Numbered from the stretch's first letter, positions 39,601-51,304 are shown. The stretch is DNA of 64,000 nucleotides from Geosiphon pyriformis uo1 (GCA_016748015.1 JAAOMT010000430.1:152232-216231); one strand, 5' to 3'. Numbers and translations are program-made. The notes: generated by a model not told the origin, from the sequence alone.

Positions 39601-42600
39601 TCATCTGTAACTGGGTAAGAGGAGGAACGCTGTTCGAAGCAGCATTCAACAGAGCATTAAAAAGACTACAGCACTACCCACACGACGAGGACGAGTTGTA
39701 CAACACCGCACAAGCCAAAGTAAGAGGAGGAACCGCCGAAGAAATATGACATTGGAAAGAGTCAGCCAAAGTAGCCGACAAAGTTGCCAGCTACAACATG
39801 TTCGACCCAGTGGACGAATTCCAGGACTACTACCAATAACTATGCCCCACTCGACAAGAGCAAGAACAATACCTCGCCCAAATCAACACTTACCTCTGCA
39901 AAAACTGTCTCATCCCGTGCCAAAGTCAGTGCTGTGAAGAGTGTCAAGACGAAAGGGACTTAGAAAGAAAAATGGAAATTGAGAATCAGCAGTCTCAAAA
40001 TCAATCAATAAATCAACAAGACTCACCTGACGGTCCCGAGTCAGAAAAATTTGTAACCTATACTGACCTAGAATAGGTGACCGACATCCGATACTTTGAC
40101 AACGGGCACTTAGGAATAATACCCAAAAGAGTCCATCCAACCGACGCCGGATTCGATCTACATTATCCGGAAGACCAATCCACAACGTTACCACCCAGGA
40201 GCATCACCAAAATCGACCTAAAAATAGCAGTTGAAATTCCGCCAGGAATAATGGTTCAAATGGCGTCGCGATCAAGCCTTGCGAAAAAAGGAATAAGCAT
40301 TCAAGGAGGAGTAATTGACTCCGGATACACTGGAAATTTGATGGTTTTGCTACAGAACAATTCAGAAAAGCCTTATACTATTGAATCTAAGGAAAAGATT
40401 GCACAAGCAATTTTCCTACTATTGGTAAAAATTGGGAAATTCGTGCCAGTAGAAAATCATGAGGAATTGTCACAAACAACGAAAGGAACTTTTGGTTTCG
40501 GATTGACAGGAAAAGGAATTGAAGCGAATTTCGCTGAAACAATAGAGGAAAAAGGTGAAGTAATTAAAAATGAGCGGTCCATCACGCTCCTACCATATGG
40601 AAAATCAGAAATAAGAATAAAAAGTACAATTAAAGAAAAAGACCTAATATTTGAGCCCTACCCAAAAACTTGCCAACAGTTTCTCATAGGACTTACTAAC
40701 CTTTTTATTCCAGCTGATAAAGCTCAATGGATAAAAATTCCTATTGCAAACACCACAGAAGAACCCGTCTACATTTCGGAAGATACCATCATTGGATACC
40801 TCGGAACGGAGCTAGAAAACGCGTCAACACCACAAGAAATTCTAAATTTCCCAGAAATCGCCCTCTACTGTGAACTCACTTCAATAAATTGGCAACAACC
40901 AGTAGAATGCTATCAATTTACGCCAGAAGAATTGGCCAAATTAAACATTGGAACAATGGATCCTGACCAACAGCGACAATTAAAAGCATTAATTTTAAAA
41001 TACTCTGATATATTTTCAAGAAATGGCGAATTTGAAAGAACCAACTTGGTTCAACACCAAATCCCCACTGGAGACGCCAGATCTGAAAAACAACATGCTT
41101 ACCATGTCCCACCAATGGAGCATAATTTTATCAGAGAAGAAGTCCAAAGCATGTTGGAAAAAGGAATAATACAACCATCAATGAGCCCATGGTCCTCACC
41201 AGTTGTTTTAGTAAGGAAAAAGAACGGAAAAATTAGATTTTGCGTCGACTATCGCAAACTAAACAGCAAAACAACCAAAGACTCATACCCAATACCGTTA
41301 ATTGACGAAATCTTCGACGTTTTTGGAGGAGCAAAATGGTTTTCTACACTGGACTTGACCAGTGGGTACTGGCAAGTGGAAATGGACCCAAAGGACAGGC
41401 ATAAAACAGCATTCACAACACAAAATAGCAATTATGAGTTCAATGTAATGCCATTTGGATTAACAANNNNNNNNNNNNNNNNNNNNCACCAGCGACGCAG
41501 ACCAAAGCTAGAATGCTCGGTTTGCAAGAAGAAACTCTCGTCTATGACTGCGTGCAGCGCACCGGACGAAGACCCAAGAAACTCCACCCACTACTATTGT
41601 AACCGTTGTAACAAAGAAAAATACGGTTACCCAGAAAGACACGGAAAATGGGACGAGGAACCGTGCCTCGCTTGTGGAGAACCATTACCAAGAGGGTGCG
41701 ACTGGAACGACTTACCAGGCAGAGGAAGAACATGTGATGCAACTTGCCAATACACAATCCTCATCTGTAACTGGGTAAGAGGAGGAACGCTGTTCGAAGC
41801 AGCATTCAACAGAGCATTAAAAAGACTACAGCACTACCCACACGACGAGGACGAGTTGTACAACACCGCACAAGCCAAAGTAAGAGGAGGAACCGCCGAA
41901 GAAATATGACATTGGAAAGAGTCAGCCAAAGTAGCCGACAAAGTTGCCAGCTACAACATGTTCGACCCAGTGGACGAATTCCAGGACTACTACCAATAAC
42001 TATGCCCCACTCGACAAGAGCAAGAACAATACCTCGCCCAAATCAACACTTACCTCTGCAAAAACTGTCTCATCCCGTGCCAAAGTCAGTGCTNNNNNNN
42101 NNNNNNNNNNNNNTGAAAAATTTTCCAGTACCTCGAAACGTCTCAGAAGTTAGAAGCTTTTTAGGACTCGCATCTTACTACCGCCGCTTTGTAGAAAACT
42201 TTTCAAACATCGCCAAACCCCTTAATTACCTACTATCTAAAAATGTGAAGTTTGAATGGACTGAAGCACAACAAAAAGCTTTTGAGTACCTTAGACAAAA
42301 GCTCATTGAATCACCAATAATGATCTATCTGAATTTCAACAAGAAATTCATTTTGGCCACAGATGCCTCTGGAACTGGACTTGGAGCCATTCTGTCACAA
42401 AAAGATGATAATGGAAGAGAATGTGTAATCACTTATGCCAGCAGAAGTCTCAGTACAGCAGAACAAAACTACGCAGCACATGAGCTTGAATGCTTAGCAG
42501 TAGTCTGAAGTTGTGTTCACTTTGACACATATTTACGGTACCAACCCTTTAAGATTACGACAGATCATAGAGGTCTGGTCTGGTTAAATAACAAGAAAGC

Positions 42601-42721
42601 GCTAAAAGGAAAATACGCCAGATGGTCACAAACATTAGCACCATACGATTATATTATCAAATACAAAGAAGGTACCAAAAATGCTAATGCCGACTGTTTG
42701 TTAAGAATGAGACACACATAA
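36636..42721 (+). pseudogene. gag-pol: Single-frame Gag-PR-Cys-rich-dUTPase-RT-RNase H polyprotein with a few premature stops
   Basis: ORF pieces starting at 36636, 38040, 38304, 39384 and 40077 share one frame. Motifs CHFCKRVGHLISQC, LILDSGSAGS, AGFDL/RSSLA/GVIDSGYTG, SPWSSPVVLV, CVDYRKLN, LDLTSGYWQV, LATDASG, HELECLAVV. Confidence 0.92.
40110..40515 (+). other. dut: dUTPase domain within Pol, between PR/Cys domain and RT
   Basis: All five trimeric-dUTPase motifs: AGFDL, RSSLA, GVIDSGYTG, IAQAI, KGTFGFGLTG (decayed RGxxGFGSTG). Confidence 0.93.
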
Positions 42722-42750
42722 AAATCACCAACCCACCCGCCACAACAACA

Positions 42751-43917
42751 ATGAACAACCATCTTTACAAAAACCTCAGCCAATACTTGGAAACACTACA
42801 AATAGACGAAAAAATGCCAGTAAAAGAGCTAATTAAGCTCCAAAAATTAGCAAAACACTATTTCATCCAAAATCACATACTTTATTACCGGAATTGACAA
42901 AATCCAGATAATCCATTAAGAGTTATAACCACGAATGAAAAAGAAACTATCTTATTTAACATGCACTCAGATATTCATTCAGACCACTTTGGAAAAACAG
43001 CAACCATCCAATGTGCAACTAGTCATTACTATTGGCCAAAAATAAGTTCAGACATAATTCAATACATAAAAAATTGTGACCCATGCCAATGAAAAAGAGG
43101 AGCAAAAACAACGGAATTATTAAGACCAATAAAAGTTGAACAGCCATTTGACAGAATCGGAATTGATTTAGTTGGACCCTTACTAATAACAACAAGAAAC
43201 AACCGTTATATTGCAGTAGCCATGGACTATCTCACCAAATGGCCAGAAGCTAGAGCTATTAAAACAGCTGATGCTATTTCCGTAGCTCAATTCGTACATG
43301 AAGACTTAATTTGCCAACATAGATGTCCACAAGAATTGCTATCAGATCAAGGCACACACTTTGTAAACAGCACCTTAAAAGAACTTAGCCAAAAATTTGG
43401 AATCAAGCGACTACTGTCATCACCATACTACCCTCAAACAAATGGATTAGTTGAAAGATTTAATTGCACATTATGCGAATCACTGGTGAAAATTAGTAAC
43501 AAACATGAAAAAGAATGGGATTTGTTCATACCAGCAGTACTACTAGCATATAGAACAGTAAAACAAGATACTACACAATTCACACCGTTCGAACTAGTTT
43601 ATGGAAGAAAAGCTACATTACCCGTTGAACTTACTATTCCAATTTATCCGAGTGACACTATCACGGAAGCAACATTCCAGGAAACACTACTTAGAAGAAC
43701 ATATGAATTAATGGGAACTTTAGAAAACAAAAGAAGAAAAGCAGCACAAAATATTGAACAATCACAAGAACAACAAAAAGTGAGACATGATAACCAGTTA
43801 CCAGATAATATAATTAGCTACAAAATTGGAGATAAAGTATTGTTGCATCATACAAAAATGGAAAAACAGTGGAGTGGAAAATTTGATCACAAGTGGGATG
43901 GACCATTTTATATTCAC
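42751..43917 (+). pseudogene. int: Separately encoded integrase of element C (3' end lost in gap)
   Basis: MNNHLYKNLSQYL...HSDIHSDH...CDPC, IGIDLVGP, SDQGTHF, TNGLVERFN, KWDGPFYI. Confidence 0.92.
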
Positions 43918-44632
43918 NNNNNNNNNNNNNNNNNNNNAAGGAAAATACGCCAGATGGTCACAAACATTAGCACCATACGATTATATTATCAAATACAAAG
44001 AAGGTACCAAAAATGCTAATGCCGACTGTTTGTTAAGAATGAGACACACATAAAAATCACCAACCCACCCGCCACAACAACAATGAACAACCACCTTTAC
44101 AAAAACCTCAGCCAATACTTGGAAACACTACAAATAGACGAAGAAATGCCAGTAAAAGAGCTAATTAAGCTCCAAAAATTAGCAAAACACTATTTCATCC
44201 AAAATCACATACTTTATTACCGGAATTGACAAAATCCAGATAATCCATTAAGAGTTATAACTACGGATGAAAAAGAAACTATCTTATTTAACATGCACTC
44301 AGATATTCATTCAGGCCACTTTGGAAAAACAGCAACCATCCAACGTGCAACTAGCCATTACTATTGGCCAAAAATGAGCTCAGACATAATCCAATACATA
44401 AGAAATTGTGACCCATGCCAACGAAGAGGAGGAGCAAAAACAACGGAATTATTAAGACCAATAAAAGTTGGACAGTCATTTGACAGAATCGGAATTGATT
44501 TAGTTGGACCCTTACCAATAACAACAAGAAACAACTGTTATATTGCAGTAGCCATGGACTATCTCACCAAATGGCCAGAAGCTAGAGCTATTAAAACAGC
44601 TGATGCTATTTCNNNNNNNNNNNNNNNNNNNN

Positions 44633-45597
44633 AATAAGTGAATTAACACCAGACACATTTAGCAACTTGAAAACGAAATTTCCAATTAATTACTGTTATT
44701 ATCAACTAGGAAAGCACTTGAACATACAAACATTATACTCAAAAGACTCAACTAGAGTGTTTGACAAAACAACTATCCAACTATTAGAACCTTTCATTGG
44801 AAAAACCAACACTACATTCCATTCAAAAACAGTTTACAGAATTTTCAAAGCATTTGAAAACTGTTACAAATTATTGTTGGACCCAACCATGAACATAATA
44901 ACAACCAACAGTATTGGACGACTTACCAACTCACAATTTCAAGAATTACAACAACAAATTAATAACACAGTATTGAACCACTATAGTAACTTAGAATTTA
45001 ATGAAGAAATTAACTTCGATTTTGACGGAGCTCAATCTTGAAAGGAGGGGATAATGTTATGGTTTAAGAATTTAGCAAAAAGAATCATAAAAATAATACA
45101 AACTATTCAATCATAATATAGCACAGTAATAATCTTAGAAAGGNNNNNNNNNNNNNNNNNNNNAAACACCCAGAATTGGAACACAATTACCTTTAATTCT
45201 ACCAGAACAAATTCCATGAGATTTAGAACCAATAGTTTTAATTGAACATTATTCGAAAAGATAATTAATCTTAGATCACAGCAAAAATGATTTAACAACC
45301 ATAAAAATGCATGCAAAAGATTCCAAAATAACAGTCAAAATTAAAACAATGATACTTATTCCAGAAAACATCAACAATATAACTCAACAATTAATTGAAA
45401 GCTTACAACAATTAAAATCCGATCTAGAAATCACAGTTAATAGCTCCAAAATAACATACATAAAAAGAACAATAGAAAATCCAAAAACAAGAAAAGAACA
45501 TAATTTCGAACCATATAATATTGCCAAATATAACACCAAATTTATTAGCAAAGTTATTGAAAAATTAGAGATAGCATTGGGCAATACATTAATAATG
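44633..45597 (+). pseudogene. ORF3 of element C in two mis-ordered pieces (N-terminal 45349-45597; C-terminal 44633-45041)
   Basis: MILIPENINNITQQLIESL... and ...ITTNSIGRLTNSQFQELQ...DFDGAQS* directly followed by PPT AAGGAGGGGATAA. Confidence 0.72.
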
Positions 45598-46408
45598 NNN
45601 NNNNNNNNNNNNNNNNNTAATCTTAGAAAGGTAATGATTAACATAGTAGCAAACACCATCTCGTGATAGTGGCAAGCACCAGTTCACAATAGCAGCCAAC
45701 ACCAACTGGTGATAGCAGCAAGCACCAGGTTGAAATATCAAAAAGAAAGTATTTTCTCATAGAACTACAAACATGTATATATACAGTAGTTTTAATATTG
45801 GGAAAGAATCAATCAAGTAATAAAAATCATAACTTATCAAGCAATAGATCCAATTTTATCCAACAAACTCCACTTTAAATCATACTTTCAAATTAAATAT
45901 CCCAAGAAACCTTTAAAATCAAAAAGAAATGAAAAAGAATATTTAAAACAAAACTATCACAACCCAAAGTATTAAGAAACTTACTTGTATTATTTATTGA
46001 ATGAAACTATAATTCATCAACTGAATCCCTTGGAAGAATAATCCTTGATCAAGATTATTCACGTTGTTACTAATTGATAAAAGCTTTATTGTGAGAATTA
46101 GAAAAGCACTAAAGACCATTAACATTCTGTGTTTCTAGATTAGAGAAACACATCAGGCAATTGCAAGAATAGCCTCAGAGAAGACCTCAGACAGTGGGTA
46201 GATTTCAGTTCAGCCTTTGAGAAGGAGTACATAAACACACACAACAATCAAGAATTAAAGAATAACTTACATCACAACAGTAAAAAGAAAGCCTTCAGTG
46301 TAACAGTGACATTATCACACAAATAGAATTGAGGAACTCACGAAAGACTGATTGCAATTAAAGCGGGATATCAGCAATTAAATATAACAAGAGAAACATC
46401 CCGTAACA
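45055..46408 (+). repeat. 3' LTR of element C (split by gaps and a misplaced contig)
   Basis: Begins TGTTATGG after the PPT, ends CCCGTAACA; carries about 38 nt (45855-45892) absent from the 5' LTR. Confidence 0.9.
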
Positions 46409-46412
46409 CCAC

Positions 46413-49036
46413 CCATAAAACTTGATAGGTTTCTATGGTTGGTGATGATGTTGTGTCTTTAAATTTAATTAGTGGTTCCTCTGAGCTTTGGACTTTAAAG
46501 TGTCCATATATAGCCAGAACTCAGACATATTATCCATTAAAGGTGATCTGTAATTCTTGTGTGTTCCAGTTAAAAATGGCATGAGCTTTGGCCAACCAGT
46601 TGTTTCTGATGAGAGCTTGATATTGCATGGCTTTCATGATTAGAATTTTTGTAAGAATTTGGGTTCTGTTGATTTCAAAAGAGAAGTTATCGATTTCTCT
46701 GATTGGGGTTTTGGTATTGCCATCTGTAGTAATAATTCAGGTGGTTGTGGCATAATCTACTTGGTAATCTAATTAATCCATGAATTGTTTTGTTATTATA
46801 CTGTCTGCTGATTTGCTATCAAGAATTAATTTAATGTCTATGTTTCTAACTTTAGTATTAGTATACAGGGCCATAATTGGTTTGTCCTAATTTATGATGG
46901 CTCTATTGAAAAGGCTATTTGTATTCAGATTGTCAATGTTAAAGAGAAAGATAGCAGCAAAGATGGTATCTTTAGTGATAGTAGTGAGTAAAATAGTATT
47001 GTTAGTTTGATTTCACCTTGAAAGATTGAAAGTTTCTTTTACAGCCTTTCTTTCTAAAGATATAGAGCTATAAAAATCCTGGTTTTTAATAAGACCAAGA
47101 TATAAGGCTTGGTTAGAGTATCTGGTTGGTGCTGGTTGAGATGAGACATTACTACAATTTAAAGATTGTGATAGTATACTGTTAGTTGGCATCTGATATT
47201 GCTGGAGTTCCTCCATCCTTGGTTGTAATTAATTGCCCAATGTCTAAGTTGGTTATTAACAGGGTTTTAGTACTGGAGTGTTGCTTGAGCCATTGGCTAC
47301 AATAATCGGTAATGGTTTTGAGGTGGTTGCTGGGTATACTGAATTTGTTGTGAGTATTGAAACAGTTAATATTAAAATGTAGAGTATTGGAATACCATGT
47401 TTTGAGAGTATCTCAGTTGCTAATATTGATTTTTTTGATTTTGGTCTATTACTTTCTTATGGCAGTTCCAGACAATATGTTCAGGTTTCTGACAATAGTA
47501 ACAATTGCAGAGATTGAATCTCTAAGGTTGTTGTTGTTGCTAATAATTTTGTTGTTGTTGGTATCTGTTGTTATTACTGTCTTTTTGTTGTGGTGGCTGG
47601 TAGGGTTCTATGGTACTGGCTAAAAATCTTTCAATTTTCTGAGTTAATTTCTTACTTAATTGAGTTATTTTTGTGTTGATATCAGATGTTCTATTAATAG
47701 CCAGATTAACAGCTTGAGTATAATTAGCCTCTTGTTCTGCTGACTCAAAGTCACAAGCAAGAATAACTGCCTCTTGTAGATTTGTTGGATGGTAGAGTTT
47801 TACAGATTGGAGGAGGCTGCTCTTTAATCTTTTGACAAATTGATTAAGGATTTGCACCACAAAGTAGTAATCCCTTTTAATGGTCTGAATTTGACAAAAA
47901 ATTTGGTTGAATTATCCAAGATAAATGGTCACTGCTTTGTGATTTTTTTGTTTTATGATACTGAACTGATTTTGTAATCTGATGAGAGTGTTGAAATCAC
48001 AAAAGTATTACAGAAAGGCAAGTTTAAAGGTGGCAAAGTCAGTTGATTTTTCTGCAAGGCTTTAATATCATGAGTCTATAATTCTAGTCAAAAAAAATAG
48101 CAATGCTTGAATGGCCCTATCATTATTCTAATTGTTGGTAATGATGGTTTTCTTGGCTTTTGCAATTCATATATATGCATTGTCTTCTTTACTAGAAAAT
48201 TTTTCTAATTTGGCAATATCTTGGTAAGCCATAATCTGAAGGATAGATAGAGTCTTACTGTTTGATGCTGAAAGGTTTGGTGTTTGCATGCTAGGGTGTT
48301 TTTCTGGTGCTAATTCTGGTTGTTTCCTTTTGTTAATTTTCCCAATAGGCTGGAGAATAACTGGTTTCTCAGAGAGAGTAGTTGATAATTTGGTCAAGAG
48401 TTGGGTTGGTGGTGGTTCCCTCATCAACATATTTCTATCTGTTTTGTTAATTGTTGGGATGAGATTTCCAAACAACAATCCATATTCTTCTAATGAGTTG
48501 GTCCAATTGTGTTGATTCTAGGAGTGTAGATTTTTAGGAGTTTGTGGTGTTTCTGACTGGGTTTTCAGAGATGGGTTGAATACCATTCTACTTTGAGGTG
48601 TCTGATGGTATAATAGAGTTGTTAGGGAGAGGAATTTTGGTTTCTTGTTAACCGTGGACTTGGCTTGGGCAGTTGCAGAGTTGTTAGATTCATCTTTATA
48701 TTCCTCAGGGTCAGATTTTACTGGTTGTTGTACTTGTAAGAATTGTTTTGCCACATAATAATTAATGTTTGTATCAATTATGTGCAAAGTTTCAGTAATT
48801 GTTTAGGTAGTTGTGGCTGTTGAGTACCCTAATAAGCTTTGATAGATTTGTTCTTCTAGTCTTTTTGTGTTGGTTGTATGGCCTATTAAGCAGTCAATTT
48901 TTGTGTTGATATAGTTACAAAAATCACTTTTTGCATAAGTGGTTTCTGCTGGTATTCCTAAGTCTTTTTGAAAGTATTGAAATAATGCTCTTCCATATGG
49001 GAAGTGGTCTTTTTCTACTGTTCCAATAGTTGCCAC
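46413..49036 (-). pseudogene. gag: Element B gag-protease remnant starting at GTG 49036
   Basis: (M)ATIGTVEKDHFPYGRALFQYFQKDLG, AKLEKFS, ILNQFVKRLKSSL, KLILDS; TYQVLW|VDDY rejoins across element C. Confidence 0.85.
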
Positions 49037-49097
49037 TTTTGTGAATTTCTGGGGTGTTTTGTCTCTATAGATTTATAACCTTATAGAAAGCACTAAA

Positions 49098-50141
49098 TGT
49101 TACAGATAAACTTGGTGGGATAAGAAGATGGTAATGTTTAGTGCTCTCAATTATTAGTAAGGTGTGTTTCATGTAATTCTGGTGACTTAATCTTGATTAT
49201 TAGTCTCTAAAGGTCTTTTTTTCTGGTTGTGAATTTACCTATTGAATTCTTTGGTTATAAGACACAGAGTTTTGGTTTTTATTAATTGCAACTTCTTATA
49301 AAGGTGAACTTTTTTCTCCAAGTTAACAAGCACAGTTATTATGGTCTGACATTGTCTTTTCACCCTTTTGGTAAGCTATCAAGATAATGTTAATATCCAA
49401 AAACCTAGGAAAAGCTTCTTTTTTTTACCAGGCTATCATAAAGTCTATTCCCAAACAGTTGATTTTACTATATTGCTGCTCTACAAGAGAAAAATAAAAG
49501 AAAGAAAAAGAAAATAAAAGAAAAGAAAGAAAATAAAAGAAAAAGATAAATTAGTATTGTCAATTACCATAATCAAGAGCAATTGATCTAAATCATTAAT
49601 AGTTTGAAGCAGTTATACTAAGAGCATTTGTTCTAGAATAAAGGTATGAAACAATGATTAATTCATGTAAATTTCACAAAGTTTGAGAACATAAATTTGT
49701 GATTTTGATTTCTTAATAATTGATTTATTTCAGAAAATGAATATGAAATATAATAAATAATGAAAGAGTATGAATATTTGATTCTTATTTAGTGGTTTAT
49801 ATTTATCTGTCCTGTCTTTTTCTATCTTCTACAACTACTTGCTTTTATACATTCTTTTGGTTTTACAGGATTGCTTTTGATTGTTTCATTATTGTTAACT
49901 ATTGCTTTGTTTTTTCTGTTATTGCTTTATTTTTCTATATTATTACTAGTTATCTTATATTATAATACGTTATCTAATGTTATTATATGTTATTCTGTAT
50001 TATCCTACATTATAACGTATTATTTTGTGCTATCCTAAGTTATAATGTGTTATCCAATATTATTTTGTGCTATTCTGTGTTATGTTACATTCTGGTCATG
50101 TTTTTTTATAATTTCAGATCGGTTTTTTTATTCAGATAACA
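49098..50141 (-). repeat. 5' LTR of element B
   Basis: Direct repeat of 29302-30345; followed on the minus strand by TTTAGTGCTTTCTATAAGG (decayed PBS). Confidence 0.92.
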
Positions 50142-51304
50142 GTGAGCAATTGAAGCTTGCTTTTTTTTATATATGTTGGCCAGACAAACCTAATCCTAAG
50201 AAGTAACCACCTGCTTATCACAACCACCAAAATTTCCACCCATTATACAATTAACAGATATATGACCAAATTGTTTACATCTAGCACAACAGGCCAAAAA
50301 AAGACCAGTCCAATGCAAATTCACACCTTTAAACACTGGAGTAAAACCAATAGCAGCCAATTTGAATGTCTCATTTTCAAAACACACAATTGCACATCTA
50401 TTATACACATATGAACTGAGATTACAACCAATAAAACAAGTTTTTCCATCATATGAATCCAACAAATCAAACAGATTATAAGCTGTGGTTCTAATTGAAA
50501 GAGTATACAATAGTGTTTAATAATGATCCTTTGTTGTCCAAGATTTCTTGTTATCAATAGCTAAAGCCACACACACCAAATCTTTTTTCATAAAAACAAA
50601 CCATTTGGAAGCAACTGAACTAGCCATATTTAATGATTCAAACTCCACCAAAGCCTTCTGCCAAAGACTAATCAGTTGCATTTTGATTGAAATAATTTTG
50701 CCAAATTTGGAAAACACAGATTTTACAGCTGATTTGGAAAGATCTACTGGGATCTTTTTAACAACAATTTCCCAATTTGTGTGTTTGTTTATCTGTCTAA
50801 CATTATTATTGACTAAGATTTTCTTACAGATGGTCAATTCTCTAGTCTTTTTCAAACTTACTTCAGAAGTAAATAAAGATTTGATGATTCCTGGGAATTT
50901 TGAGGAAGTCAATGTCCCTCCAAAACTATCAATTCAAAAAAAAATTTTTTTGATTAAAATCAACTTATTACTAAAATTTTTTCCAGGCACAGTAGTCAGT
51001 TCCATGTTCAATACAAACAATTTAACAAGGTCAAAGCTTCATTTTTCTAGAACACATGACTTGACAGATGGCAGCTAATTGGAACCAATAAACTTAAGAA
51101 GAGGAAAACCCAAAACATTGTTATCATCATTCATATTACTGAATGAAAGTGCTTCTAATAGATGGCCTAACACATAAGTCTAAGTTTAAGTTTTCTTTGA
51201 AGTAGTCTTGCCCATGTCTTTATTGTCAACAGAACCATCTGAATCTGCATAACTTGTTTCTTCCACCACCATGTTTTTTATGTTCTCTAAATTTAAAAGA
51301 CCAT
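50142..51304 (-). mobile_element. LINE ORF1 5' portion (RRM-like + CCHC), continuation of 23943-29301
   Basis: IVVKKIPVDLSKSAVKSVFSKFGKI...ALVEF (RRM-like); CARCKQFGHISVNC knuckle. Confidence 0.85.

Larger units (their letters stand above)
35726..46408 (+). mobile_element. Full-length LTR retrotransposon C (youngest; locally mis-assembled across six gaps)
   Basis: TGTTAC...GTAACA termini; TSD CCAC at 35722-35725 and 46409-46412; near-identical LTRs; CpG largely retained. Confidence 0.95.
29302..50141 (-). mobile_element. Full-length LTR retrotransposon B (interrupted by element C), inserted in LINE ORF1
   Basis: Two 1044-bp LTRs; PBS next to 49097; PPT 30346-30358; order gag-PR-Cys-dUTPase-RT-RH, IN, ORF3; LINE peptide QASIA|RPVFFGGKTWAQ rejoins across the element. 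Confidence 0.92.

Noticed and set aside
38100-39649. Antisense and alternative-frame ORFs over gag-pol (and similar ones over LINEs and AT-rich DNA)
   Set aside because: Short, not conserved between element copies, and explained as shadows of the coding strand or low-complexity sequence.
40077-42093. 610-aa ORF suggesting RT fused to a second Cys-rich domain
   Set aside because: It reads through an N gap; 41487-42093 appears to be an exact copy of 39327-39933 misplaced by scaffolding.
43938-44612. Second integrase N-terminus within element C
   Set aside because: Bounded by gaps on both sides; most likely a paralogous or allelic contig placed here. Used only for the mutation spectrum.
45144-45617. 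ORF apparently inserted inside the 3' LTR
   Set aside because: Gap-bounded piece holding the ORF3 N-terminus, which belongs upstream of 44633; assembly order error.
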